A program made the position numbers and the translations under genes. Under the pieces are notes generated by a model. That model was not told the origin of the DNA. It saw only the letters and a list, made by a program, of their open reading frames with translations, and searched no databases. A stretch of DNA of 32,000 bases from Promethearchaeota archaeon. GTDB lineage: Archaea > Asgardarchaeota > Lokiarchaeia > Sigyniarchaeales > SOKP01. Of this stretch, positions 1-9,225 are shown piece by piece. The stretch covers positions 360,001 through 392,000 of the forward strand of contig JAUWGH010000004.1 in NCBI GenBank assembly GCA_030606485.1, given 5' to 3'. Positions within the stretch are counted from its first letter, which is position 1. Every line of letters begins with the position of its first letter.

Positions 1-1923
1 GTTGGCATCTTTGTTCATCCGAATGATGAAAGGCATTATGATTTAATAGGAACTCAGATAAGAATCCCATTTTCAGAAAGAATTGTTCGTGTTGAAGCTG
101 ATAAAGAAGTGGATATGAATTTTGGAACTGGAATTGTATATTTATGTACTTTTGGGGATGAGATGGATATACGATTGCAGAGGAGATATAATCTCCCAGT
201 TGTTCAAATTTTTACTAAAGATGGTCTCATGAATGAAAATTCAAAATTTCAGGGTTTGACAATTCTTAAAGCTCGTGAAAAAATTTTAGAAGAATTAGAT
301 AAAATGGGATTATTAATAAGCGAGAAAGAATATCAACATCGAATAATAGTTCATACAGAAAGATCTTCCTGCAAGCAACCAATTGAATATCTCCCAATTC
401 CTCAATGGTTTATTAAAGTTAAGGATTTCACAAGAGAGATTATAGAATCTGGAGAAAAAATGAAATGGTTTCCGGAAAAACATAAACGACGTCTAATTGA
501 TTGGTGCAAAAGTCTAGATTGGGATTGGGTCATTTCTAGACAGAGAGTATTTGGAACACCTATACCATTTTGGTATTGTAATGATTGTGGGGAAATTTTT
601 TCCGCAAAAAGAGAAGATTTGCCCGTTGATCCAGCAAAAGAAGAATCGCCTGTAAAAGAATGCACAAAATGTAAGAGTAAAGATATTATTGGTGAAAAGG
701 ACATTTTAGACTGTTGGATTGACTCAAGCATCACACCTCTGGTTATATCAAAATGGAAAATTGATAATGATTTCTTTGATAAGACATACATGAAAGCCCG
801 AGTTCATAGACCACAAGGCTATGAAATTATCAGAACATGGCTATTTTATACATTATTTCGCTGTAAAAAACTAACAGGAAAAGATCCATTTGATGAGGTT
901 ATGATTAATGGGATGGTGGCAGGTCCTGATGGTAGAAAAATGTCTAAAAGTTTTGGTAATGTCGTTTCTCCAGATGAAGTTTTACCCCTATATGGAGCGG
1001 ATGCACTAAGACAGTGGGCTGCAATGGGTTCATTAGGTGATGATTATCCGTTTGAATATTCATGGATTGAGAAAAATACCAAACAACCTGTTAGTAAAGA
1101 TAAAATCGATGAAGAAAAAAATAAATTGCCTGAAGATAAATTCAATAGAAAATATGAGAGAAGATACAACCAATTAATAGGGGCTTCTAAATTTCTAACA
1201 AAAATATGGAATGCATATAGATTTTTATATTTAGCTAATAAAAGAATTGATTTAAAAGAGATTGACATTGAAATAAATGAATTATCCGCTATTGATAGCT
1301 ATTTTTATAAAGAATTTAATAAAGTTCTTGAATATATAACAAATTCATTCGAAGGATATAATTGGCATGAAGGATTTGCAGCATTTCGCTCATTTTTCTG
1401 GTATGAAATATGTGATGATTACATTGAGGCAATAAAATATAAATTTTATTTAAAAGATGAAGCAATAAAACAAAATGCATTAAAAACCGTATTAAATCTG
1501 ATGCATAAAATACTAAAGATTTTAGCAATAATAAGTCCTTTTATTTCAGAGGATATTTATTCTATTCTCTTTAAAAATTATATAAAACAGAAATCAATCC
1601 ATTTTGAAAAATGGCCAGTTCCTTATAAAGGAATTTCAGAAAAATTAGCTGAACAAGGTAAATTTGGTATAGAAATTATTAAAAATGTTAGAATGGTTAA
1701 ATCTTCAAATAAAATTCCATTGAATCAAGAATTAAATAAAGTTATATTAATTTTAGACATTAATAAAGCAAAAATGTTGGAAGCGCTACAAATCGATATT
1801 AAAAAAACAATTAGAATTAAAGAATTAATAGTAATTGATAAAGAGACACAGAGATCATTAACTACACCCGATATAGAAGAGAAGATAGAAGATTTAGGTT
1901 TAAATATTTTAATTTATAAATAA
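1..1923 (+). CDS. valS: Valyl-tRNA synthetase, archaeal type (5'-truncated by the window edge)
   Basis: Frame 1 is open from base 1 (VGIFVHPNDERH...DMNFGTG). Motifs: WDWVISRQRVFGTPIP, CxxC...CxxC zinc motif, DCWIDSS, QGYEIIRTW, KMSKS, and anticodon-domain FFWYEICDDYIE. Confidence 0.95.
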   Translation, partial: VGIFVHPNDERHYDLIGTQIRIPFSERIVRVEADKEVDMNFGTGIVYLCTFGDEMDIRLQRRYNLPVVQIFTKDGLMNENSKFQGLTILKAREKILEELDKMGLLISEKEYQHRIIVHTERSSCKQPIEYLPIPQWFIKVKDFTREIIESGEKMKWFPEKHKRRLIDWCKSLDWDWVISRQRVFGTPIPFWYCNDCGEIFSAKREDLPVDPAKEESPVKECTKCKSKDIIGEKDILDCWIDSSITPLVISKWKIDNDFFDKTYMKARVHRPQGYEIIRTWLFYTLFRCKKLTGKDPFDEVMINGMVAGPDGRKMSKSFGNVVSPDEVLPLYGADALRQWAAMGSLGDDYPFEYSWIEKNTKQPVSKDKIDEEKNKLPEDKFNRKYERRYNQLIGASKFLTKIWNAYRFLYLANKRIDLKEIDIEINELSAIDSYFYKEFNKVLEYITNSFEGYNWHEGFAAFRSFFWYEICDDYIEAIKYKFYLKDEAIKQNALKTVLNLMHKILKILAIISPFISEDIYSILFKNYIKQKSIHFEKWPVPYKGISEKLAEQGKFGIEIIKNVRMVKSSNKIPLNQELNKVILILDINKAKMLEALQIDIKKTIRIKELIVIDKETQRSLTTPDIEEKIEDLGLNILIYK

Positions 1924-1961
1924 CTTTCAACCTATTGGAGCAATAAATACTTTCTATTAAA

Positions 1962-2888
1962 TTATTGTTCGCCTTCAAGTTGAGAAATTATTTGTTTTTT
2001 CATTTCTTCAACGTTTGTTGAGAAACCGAAAGTTTCAGCGAATTTTTGGTTTGTAGTTAACTCGTGAGATCTTCCTTTTTTAATGGCGTTAATAAATTCA
2101 TTATCTAATAACCATTTAACATGTTCATAAGCGCCAGAACCACGTATTTTAACAAGTTTTGATTTCAGAATTGGTTGTTTTAGGGCAATAATAGTTAATG
2201 TTCGCATTATTCTTTGGGGAATAAGGCCTCCAGCAGCAAACCTTGCAACTTTTTCGGAATATTCGGGTTTAATTTGCATACTATATTTATCTCCAATTTG
2301 AACGATTTCAATTGCAGTGGTTCTATCCAGAAATTCAAATGCGAGTTCATTGATTATATTTTTTATTAAATCTTGTTTAATCTCTAATTTTGAAGAAAGT
2401 TCTTCAAGCCCAAGTGGACGACCTGCGACAAATAAGGCGGCTTCAATTTGATTTTTGTGAAAATCTAAATCAAGTCTTTCTTTTCTTTCTTCATCCGATA
2501 ATTCTTGAATTTCTGGTTCAACTCTATTAATTTCTTCTTTTATCAAGAATTCATCTATTGGTTTAACTTCTTCTTCTGTAGATTCATCTGTTGATTCAAC
2601 TTCATCTGCTCCTATAGATTCATCTATTAATTCAATTTTATCTTCTGCTGTAGATTCATCTATTGATTCAATTTTATCTTCTTCTATAGATTCATCTATT
2701 AATTCAACTTCATCTTCTTCTATAGATTCGTCTATTAATTCAGCTTCATCTTCTGCTGTAGATTCATCTATTAATTCAACTTCTTCTTCTGTAGATTCAT
2801 CTATTAATTCAATTTCATCTTCTTCTAAAGATTCATCACTAGATTTATCTTGCTCTAATTCATTATTTTTATTATTTTCTTCTTCCAT
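1962..2888 (-). CDS. scpB: SMC-Scp complex subunit ScpB with an acidic repetitive N-terminal extension
   Basis: IEAALFVAGRPL...L, MRTLTIIALKQPI.KS.L..IRG and T...F...FG motifs; downstream of smc/scpA. Start placed at the ATG at 2888 (MEEENN). The ORF-track extension to 2960 overlaps scpA and is probably non-coding. Confidence 0.9.
   Translation of the reverse strand: MEEENNKNNELEQDKSSDESLEEDEIELIDESTEEEVELIDESTAEDEAELIDESIEEDEVELIDESIEEDKIESIDESTAEDKIELIDESIGADEVESTDESTEEEVKPIDEFLIKEEINRVEPEIQELSDEERKERLDLDFHKNQIEAALFVAGRPLGLEELSSKLEIKQDLIKNIINELAFEFLDRTTAIEIVQIGDKYSMQIKPEYSEKVARFAAGGLIPQRIMRTLTIIALKQPILKSKLVKIRGSGAYEHVKWLLDNEFINAIKKGRSHELTTNQKFAETFGFSTNVEEMKKQIISQLEGEQ
2547..2823 (-). repeat. 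Coding tandem repeat in ScpB: about 8 copies of an 11-12 aa unit (E/A-E-D-E/K-I/V-E-L-I-D-E-S-T/I), 33-36 bp
   Basis: Repeated ttcatctattaattcaa(c/t)ttc blocks on the + strand; translation EDEIELIDEST EEEVELIDEST AEDEAELIDESI ... Confidence 0.9.
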
Positions 2889-2931
2889 GCATATCAAAAA
2901 TTTTTTTTTTATTCTAATAATTCTTTGTTTG

Positions 2932-3921
2932 TCATTTAATTGTAATTGAAATATCTTCAAAATCTTCTGCTTGAAATATATTTATTTTATTGGAAGTTCC
3001 TAAGAACATTAATGAAAGGAACATCCTAACAAGAGCAAACTTACGGGAAATTGTATCCTCTTGTTCATTTTTTATTAAATTTAAAAGTTCAAAAAATGAG
3101 ATATAATCAGTATCATTAAGATCTAGGGAAGCTTTAATTTTGTTATACCATCCATCGATCAATTCTTCAATCGTTTGTTCTTTTCCTGTAATATGTTTTA
3201 ATAACTCTTTGGGTAATCTTGCTTTTGATTTTTTAAATTGTACCAATTGTTTTGCTTCTTCTCTTCGTTCACGTGCGCGTCTTAATTTTTCTCGTTTTTG
3301 CATTGTTTCTAAAATTGCAGATCTCATTGCAGAAAAGAGTTCTTCCCTAGTAGCGACTTTCTTTTTTGGTTGAATTGGTTGAGAAAATGCTTTTGGAATT
3401 GAACGTCTAGTTCGTTCCCTTAATTCTTGTATTTCTTGTTCTTGCTGTATTTTTTGTTCATGTTCAATGACATCCTTTATTTTTGTATGATGAATAGTTG
3501 CTGCACCTAAAATTGCCATTCCAGAAATTCTAAAATTAATAAAATCTTCTTTAAGCATCTTTTCAAAGAATTTATGAATTATGGGTGTGAAATCTTGATT
3601 TAAAAATGTTGAATCCTTTAATAACTCCGGATCCAATAGTGAATTATATGGAGGTTTTTGCCAGAATTTTTTATCACCTTCAATTTTTTTTTTCATTTCT
3701 TCTGTTATTTCTTCTGATAATTCACTATCTTCTTCAAATTCTGCGATTAATTCTTCTTTAACTTCAATTTCCTTTTGGATTTCAGGCAATGGTTTTTCAA
3801 TTGAATTTATTTGATCATTAGTTGATTTCGAAATGTTTGGGGTTTCATCTTTAGGCTTTTTAGGGCATTTATGTTGAGATAGCCTTTGAAAGATTTTTCC
3901 ACAATAAGGGCATTTTGGCAT
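2932..3921 (-). CDS. scpA: Kleisin ScpA with an N-terminal CxxC-x9-H-x-C zinc-finger-like extension
   Basis: ScpA-like N-domain (F..K....FINFRISGMAILGAA) and C-terminal winged helix (FLSLMFL..NKINIFQAEDFEDI); lies between smc and scpB; AGGAG SD upstream. Confidence 0.8.
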   Translation of the reverse strand: MPKCPYCGKIFQRLSQHKCPKKPKDETPNISKSTNDQINSIEKPLPEIQKEIEVKEELIAEFEEDSELSEEITEEMKKKIEGDKKFWQKPPYNSLLDPELLKDSTFLNQDFTPIIHKFFEKMLKEDFINFRISGMAILGAATIHHTKIKDVIEHEQKIQQEQEIQELRERTRRSIPKAFSQPIQPKKKVATREELFSAMRSAILETMQKREKLRRARERREEAKQLVQFKKSKARLPKELLKHITGKEQTIEELIDGWYNKIKASLDLNDTDYISFFELLNLIKNEQEDTISRKFALVRMFLSLMFLGTSNKINIFQAEDFEDISITIK

Positions 3922-3943
3922 ATTTACATTCTCCTTCTTTTTT

Positions 3944-6900
3944 TTAAGTTTCCTCCAATTCCAATATTTGTTTAGCTTCTTTTTCTAAATCCACACTAAA
4001 AACATCTGTAATTCCACCTTGCATTGAAACACCGTATATTCTATCTGCGTTTATAATATTTTCCTCACGGTGACTAATAACTAAAAATTGAGCTTGTTTA
4101 GCGAATTCCTTAATAACAATCGAGACACGATGAACATTAGGCCCATCAAGTGCAGCATCTATCTCATCCATAATATAAAATGGTGCAGGATAAAATTCTT
4201 GGACGGCAAAAATGAAAGATAATGCAACTAAAGCCTTTTCTCCGCCACTTAAAATTTCAAGTGAACTAATTTTTTTACCTCTTGGGCGAGCTTCTATGTC
4301 AATTCCTCCTTCAAAAGGTTTATCTGGCCGTTCTAATATCATTTTAGCCGAACCACCCGGTGATAATTTTTGAAACACACTTGAAAATTGTCTATTAATC
4401 TCATGGTAAGCTTTCATAAAATTTCTAGTTTTTTCTAATTCAATTTTATCAATAGAGTCAAGAATCGCCTTTCTTTCTCTTTGAATGGTTTGTCTTCTCA
4501 TATCTATTTCATCAAATCGCTCTTTAACGTCATCATATTGATCAATAGCTTTAAGATTTACTGGTTCAAGTTTCTTCTTAGCATTTTGCGTTTCGATAAT
4601 ATCAGTTTGAAGTCCTTGTTCTGTAAGTTCTTCAGTTACTGGTGGAAGAGCCCCATAATCTTTACCTCTTTCATAAAGAGTTTCAATCTGATCAGTTGTA
4701 ATGATTTTTTTTGATTCAAGATTATTCAATTTGGAATGTTCCATCGATAAATCTGCTTTTAGGGAGGAAATAACATTTTGCATTTCTTTTTGTTTTTTCC
4801 AGGATTCATCTTTTTTAATCACTATCTCATCGATTTCTTTTTGTTTTTCTATTTTTTCATTATTTACTTCGGTAAGAGTTTCATTAATTTTTTCGATATC
4901 TTTTTTAATTTGTTCAATGAGTTGATTAGAATTTTCAATTTCTTCTGCTAAAGTTTTAATTTGTTGTTCTCGTTCTTTATTTTTAGATAATTCATTAAAG
5001 TCTTTTTGTTGTTTCTGTAAATTTTTATTCATATCTTTCAAGTGTTTTTGAATTTCCTTCTGCTTATTGAATTCCTCATCTTTATGGTTTTTTAATTCAT
5101 TAATTGTAATTTGTTCCTCATCGATTTGCTTTTGAATTTCTGCTTGAGAAATAGTTTGTTCCTCAATTTTTTTATTATTATCATCGATTTTATTATTCGA
5201 GTCAACATTTTCAGTTTTTAATTCTTCAATAGAATCTATGAGTCGCTGAATATTTTGTAGAGCTCTCAAATCATCAGTTATTAATTCTAGATTTTGATTT
5301 TCTGAATCAATTTGTTTTTGTAATTGTGCTGTTTTTCCCCAGAATTTTTCTTTCTCTAATTTTAAATCGTCAATTTTGTTTTGATGTGCTTCTAATTCTT
5401 TTTTCCTTGTTTCAATGCTTTTATTTGTTGCAATAATTTCATTATTCTTTTCTACAATTTCTTTTTCAATAGATTTAATATTTTCCTCAATTTCAGTTAT
5501 ATTTTCCAATAAATTTTGTATCCCTTTGAGATCTTGTAAATTCTCTAGAACATTATCAAGTGCTTTTTGACTATTATCAATTTTATCTTGAATCTCTTTC
5601 TTTATAGTCCAAAACTGTTTTTTCAACTCTTTAATATTTTCTTGTTCTTTATTTAATTGTTCTTTCTCTTTGTTTTTCTCATCAATAAACTTATTTTTTT
5701 CAGTGATCTCGTTTTCAAATTGTATAATTTTATTTTTTATTTCTTCTGATTGAGAAGAGAAGTCATCTAATTTTCTTTTATCCTCTGATAATTTTTGTTC
5801 GAATGATTCCTTTTTTGAATTAAAAACAGTTAGTTTTTGTTTATGATCATTCAATTCATTTAATTGGGAATTAATACTTTCAGAAATTTCTTCTAACTCT
5901 TTATATAAATCTTGACTTTTTGATAATGTTAATTTTCTTAAAGCAAGATAAACATTTTCTAATATTTCCATTAAATCTTGGACGAAATCGTCAATATTGG
6001 AGGTTGATTCTTGGACAGCAATGTCTGTAGATTCTTTTACGGATGTAAGTAATTGAGAAATTGAAGAGTCTGCATTTTCAATATATAAATTCAAAGTTTG
6101 AGTGAAAGAATTCAATGAACCACGAATATTCTTATCAGATAATTCCTCCTTATTAATTTCTTCTATAATTTTCATCATTTCAACAATATCATAGATATAT
6201 GTTTTAAAATCTTCAGCAGATGTTGAAATTGCTTCAAAATTTGATTCTTGAATTGCAGCTTTTATAGATTCAACAGAAATATGTATATTTTGGGTTAATA
6301 TATTTAAAATTTGTAAAATTCCTGTTAAATTTTCTTTATTTTGATCATAATCTTCTTCAGAGACCATAATTCGGTCTAAAAGGGCTTCTTTCTCCTTATT
6401 CAATTCATTTATTCTTTTGTTAATATTTTCTTTCTTTTTAGAGAGATTAATAACATTAGAATTTGTTTCATTCAAGTCCTCGGAAAGTGACTTTATTTCT
6501 AAGTTAAGATTTTTAATTTCTCGCTTAAAATTTTTTTGATTCTTTTGGAGAATTCTTAATTCAGTTTTATTATTAGAGATCCTGGTATTATATTCATTAA
6601 TTTCAGATTCTAATGTATTTTTTTTCATTTGAATTAATTCATAACTCTGTTCATTTTTTTTAAAAGTATTTTCTTCTTGCAAAAGTTGTTTCTTAATATC
6701 TGCTATATTCTTAATAAAATCATCTTTCTCTTTCATCAATTCTATTATCCTTACTTGAACTTCCTTTCCTTCACTCAATCTTTTGAATTCTTCTTCAATT
6801 TCAGTTTTCTTTTTATTGAGTGTATTGATTTGGTTTTTATTCATTTTTATCTCTGTATTTAAAGACGAAAAAGATGAATGTAAATCAGAGATAATTTTAT

Positions 6901-8374
6901 TTATATTACTTTTTTGGTTCTCGATTTCAGTTATTTGCGATTCCAAATCTTTTTGAACTTTATTTTCATTTTTAATCTGGTTTTTAATTTCTGCTATTTT
7001 TTCTCGAATTTGCTGCTGTTTTTGTTTAGTTTCATCAACGACTTTATCAATGTCTTCTTCTTCCCCCTTTAGTTTTTCTAGTTCGGTTTCAAGTTCAACT
7101 TTTTTATTCTTATTTCGTTTAATATTATTTTTCAATACCCCAATTTCAGCTTTGAGTGAAGAGACATTTTGTTTTATTGTAGAGATTTCACCTTTAAAAC
7201 CTGCAACAATTTTTGTATGTTCATTAATATCTCCTTCAATTTCTTTATGCTTTGATTGACTAATTTCAAATGAGTTTCTAGAATTTTCTATTTCTTTTTC
7301 AATATTAGATATATCTTTCTGGACATCTTCAATCAAATCATCAAATGTTTGACCCTCTTCCAAAACCTTTAGCTGTTTTTCAAGGTTCTCCTTTTTTATT
7401 TTTGATTTTTCGAGGGATTGTTTTTCTATTTCCATTGTTGTTTTATTAGAACTAAGTTCTGTTTTAATTTTAGTGATTTTTTCAGAGATATCTTCTCGTT
7501 CCTTTTCTTTCTCACTTATCGCTTGTTGAAGATTTTCCATTATAAGAGCTTCTTGTTTATAAATATCCTCTTGTCTATCAATTTTTCCTTTAAATTCTTC
7601 AATGATTTCTTGGGTTTTTTCCATATCTTTTTCTAATTGTTCCTCTTCCGCTTGTAATTTGGATATTTTTAAAGCAATTAATTGCGAATTATAATGGTTA
7701 ATTTTTTCATCTAATTCCTTCCATTTTAACGCATCATTTTTTTCTCTCTCAACCTTTTTCAATTGAGAAGATACTTCTGAGAAAATTGCTTCAAATTTTC
7801 CTAAATCACGTTCTGCTTTATCTAATTTTTTAAGAGTAGCATCTCTCATTTCATCATATTTTTCTAAACCGATAAGCGTTTCAATGAATACGCGTCTATC
7901 AGCAGAATTCATATGAGTTAATTCCACTATTTTTCCTTGTAAAACAAATTGATTTGAGCCATCAGGGTCAATATTTGCTTGTGCTAAAGCATTTAGTAAT
8001 GCTGACCGGGTTGTAGTCTTTCCATTAATTAAATATTTACTTCCTATTGTTTTTCTTACTTCTCTTGCTATTTCAAATGTATCTCCACCACCAGGAAATA
8101 TTCCCTCTGAATTATCAAATGTAATAGCTACCCTTGCAGTTGAGGCAGGCTTTTCTTTTTGGGTTCCAGCAAAAATTAAATCCTTTAGTGATTCAGCCCT
8201 CATAGTTTTTTTCGATAAACGTCCAAGACAAAAACATAATGCATCGATAACATTCGATTTTCCAGCACCATTTGGACCCACAATACATGTAAAACCTGGA
8301 GAGAGCTTAATCGTAACCGTTCTATCTCCAAAGGATTTGAAACCAGTCATACTGATTTTCTTTATAATAGTCAT
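3944..8374 (-). CDS. smc: SMC ATPase (1476 aa, very long coiled coils, no canonical hinge visible)
   Basis: N-terminal GFKSF, Walker A GPNGAGKSN, Q-loop FVLQG; C-terminal PVNLKAI, signature LSGGEK, Walker B/D-loop MDEIDAALD, ISH; co-oriented with scpA/scpB. Confidence 0.95.
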   Translation of the reverse strand: MTIIKKISMTGFKSFGDRTVTIKLSPGFTCIVGPNGAGKSNVIDALCFCLGRLSKKTMRAESLKDLIFAGTQKEKPASTARVAITFDNSEGIFPGGGDTFEIAREVRKTIGSKYLINGKTTTRSALLNALAQANIDPDGSNQFVLQGKIVELTHMNSADRRVFIETLIGLEKYDEMRDATLKKLDKAERDLGKFEAIFSEVSSQLKKVEREKNDALKWKELDEKINHYNSQLIALKISKLQAEEEQLEKDMEKTQEIIEEFKGKIDRQEDIYKQEALIMENLQQAISEKEKEREDISEKITKIKTELSSNKTTMEIEKQSLEKSKIKKENLEKQLKVLEEGQTFDDLIEDVQKDISNIEKEIENSRNSFEISQSKHKEIEGDINEHTKIVAGFKGEISTIKQNVSSLKAEIGVLKNNIKRNKNKKVELETELEKLKGEEEDIDKVVDETKQKQQQIREKIAEIKNQIKNENKVQKDLESQITEIENQKSNINKIISDLHSSFSSLNTEIKMNKNQINTLNKKKTEIEEEFKRLSEGKEVQVRIIELMKEKDDFIKNIADIKKQLLQEENTFKKNEQSYELIQMKKNTLESEINEYNTRISNNKTELRILQKNQKNFKREIKNLNLEIKSLSEDLNETNSNVINLSKKKENINKRINELNKEKEALLDRIMVSEEDYDQNKENLTGILQILNILTQNIHISVESIKAAIQESNFEAISTSAEDFKTYIYDIVEMMKIIEEINKEELSDKNIRGSLNSFTQTLNLYIENADSSISQLLTSVKESTDIAVQESTSNIDDFVQDLMEILENVYLALRKLTLSKSQDLYKELEEISESINSQLNELNDHKQKLTVFNSKKESFEQKLSEDKRKLDDFSSQSEEIKNKIIQFENEITEKNKFIDEKNKEKEQLNKEQENIKELKKQFWTIKKEIQDKIDNSQKALDNVLENLQDLKGIQNLLENITEIEENIKSIEKEIVEKNNEIIATNKSIETRKKELEAHQNKIDDLKLEKEKFWGKTAQLQKQIDSENQNLELITDDLRALQNIQRLIDSIEELKTENVDSNNKIDDNNKKIEEQTISQAEIQKQIDEEQITINELKNHKDEEFNKQKEIQKHLKDMNKNLQKQQKDFNELSKNKEREQQIKTLAEEIENSNQLIEQIKKDIEKINETLTEVNNEKIEKQKEIDEIVIKKDESWKKQKEMQNVISSLKADLSMEHSKLNNLESKKIITTDQIETLYERGKDYGALPPVTEELTEQGLQTDIIETQNAKKKLEPVNLKAIDQYDDVKERFDEIDMRRQTIQRERKAILDSIDKIELEKTRNFMKAYHEINRQFSSVFQKLSPGGSAKMILERPDKPFEGGIDIEARPRGKKISSLEILSGGEKALVALSFIFAVQEFYPAPFYIMDEIDAALDGPNVHRVSIVIKEFAKQAQFLVISHREENIINADRIYGVSMQGGITDVFSVDLEKEAKQILELEET

Positions 8375-8493
8375 AAGATGAAAAACCTTTTGATCTAATA
8401 TCTTACTTTAATTTAAATAAACACATTTATTTATAATTATTTTCAATTTCTTATAATTTATTTATTGGATTTTATGACACAGAATTTTATTTT

Positions 8494-8919
8494 TTATGAA
8501 ATTTTCTCGCATTCTTTATTAATTTCACGCATTACTTTTGCAAAAGAAGCCCATAACTGTTGAGAGAATTGACTTACTAATATGGTATCTGTTCGTCTTG
8601 AATCTAAACATTTTAATTCTTCTTTATGAGATTTAATTTTTGTTTTCCAAATTTCCGAAAAGATTTCCTGTAGATTTATCTTTACTTTTTTTGCAATTTG
8701 TTCATATGTTTCATCGATATCTGCCTCCTTTTGCAATTTTTGAAGTTGTTCATATCTTCTTTTTTCTTTTGCATGCGTTAAATCTTTACAATCAATAATA
8801 ATTTGAAATGGATTTTTTTTACCATATTCGCACCCTTTTAGATCGCACTCATTACATATTTCTTCAAATGAGATTGTATACTGAGAAAGACCAGTTATTG
8901 AATATTTTAGAGTCGCCAT
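8494..8919 (-). CDS. Hypothetical protein (141 aa, CxxCxxxxC cluster, possibly metal-binding)
   Basis: Intact ORF with ATG and typical composition; CNECDLKGC near the N-terminus. Confidence 0.7.
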   Translation of the reverse strand: MATLKYSITGLSQYTISFEEICNECDLKGCEYGKKNPFQIIIDCKDLTHAKEKRRYEQLQKLQKEADIDETYEQIAKKVKINLQEIFSEIWKTKIKSHKEELKCLDSRRTDTILVSQFSQQLWASFAKVMREINKECEKIS

Positions 8920-9030
8920 TATCTTATATTTTTTTTTTCTCTTTAATAAATTAAGTGCTTATATCATATTTTAACTTTAATTAACAAGTAAATCAATAAG
9001 GTTAAAAAATAATTTGATAAGTTATAATAG

Positions 9031-9125
9031 TGCGCCCGGGGGGATTTGGACCCCCGACTTCACGGTTATATCGGCAGTAATTTTTACTTCAGCCGTGCGC
9101 TCTAACCAAGCTAAGCCACGGGCGC
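9031..9125 (-). tRNA. tRNA-Ile(GAU) with a 20-nt intron (9070-9089) inside the anticodon, position 34/35
   Basis: Minus strand: GCGCCCG acceptor paired with CGGGCGC-A, D arm GCTT/GAGC, anticodon stem CACGG/CCGTG, T arm GGGGG-TCCAAAT-CCCCC. BHB-like motif: helix CGGC/GCCG, bulges TGA and ATA, intron hairpin AGTAA-AAA-TTACT. It splices to the loop CTGATAA; mature length 75 nt. Confidence 0.85.
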
Positions 9126-9225
9126 AAAATCTCAAGAAATATATTAATAAGTTTAATAATCTTGGATTTAAATAAAAAATTTACTTTTTTAATATATCAT
9201 AAGAAAAATTTTTATCATTTCTATT

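Noticed and set aside
2889-2960. N-terminal 24 aa of the ORF-track ScpB
   Set aside because: It overlaps the scpA stop and spans an A-run spacer. ATG 2888 is the more plausible start.
9031-9125. tRNA-Phe(GAA) with a canonical 37/38 intron
   Set aside because: No BHB can form at 37/38 (CTGA has no partner at the intron 3' end). The BHB geometry and body identity elements indicate Ile(GAU).
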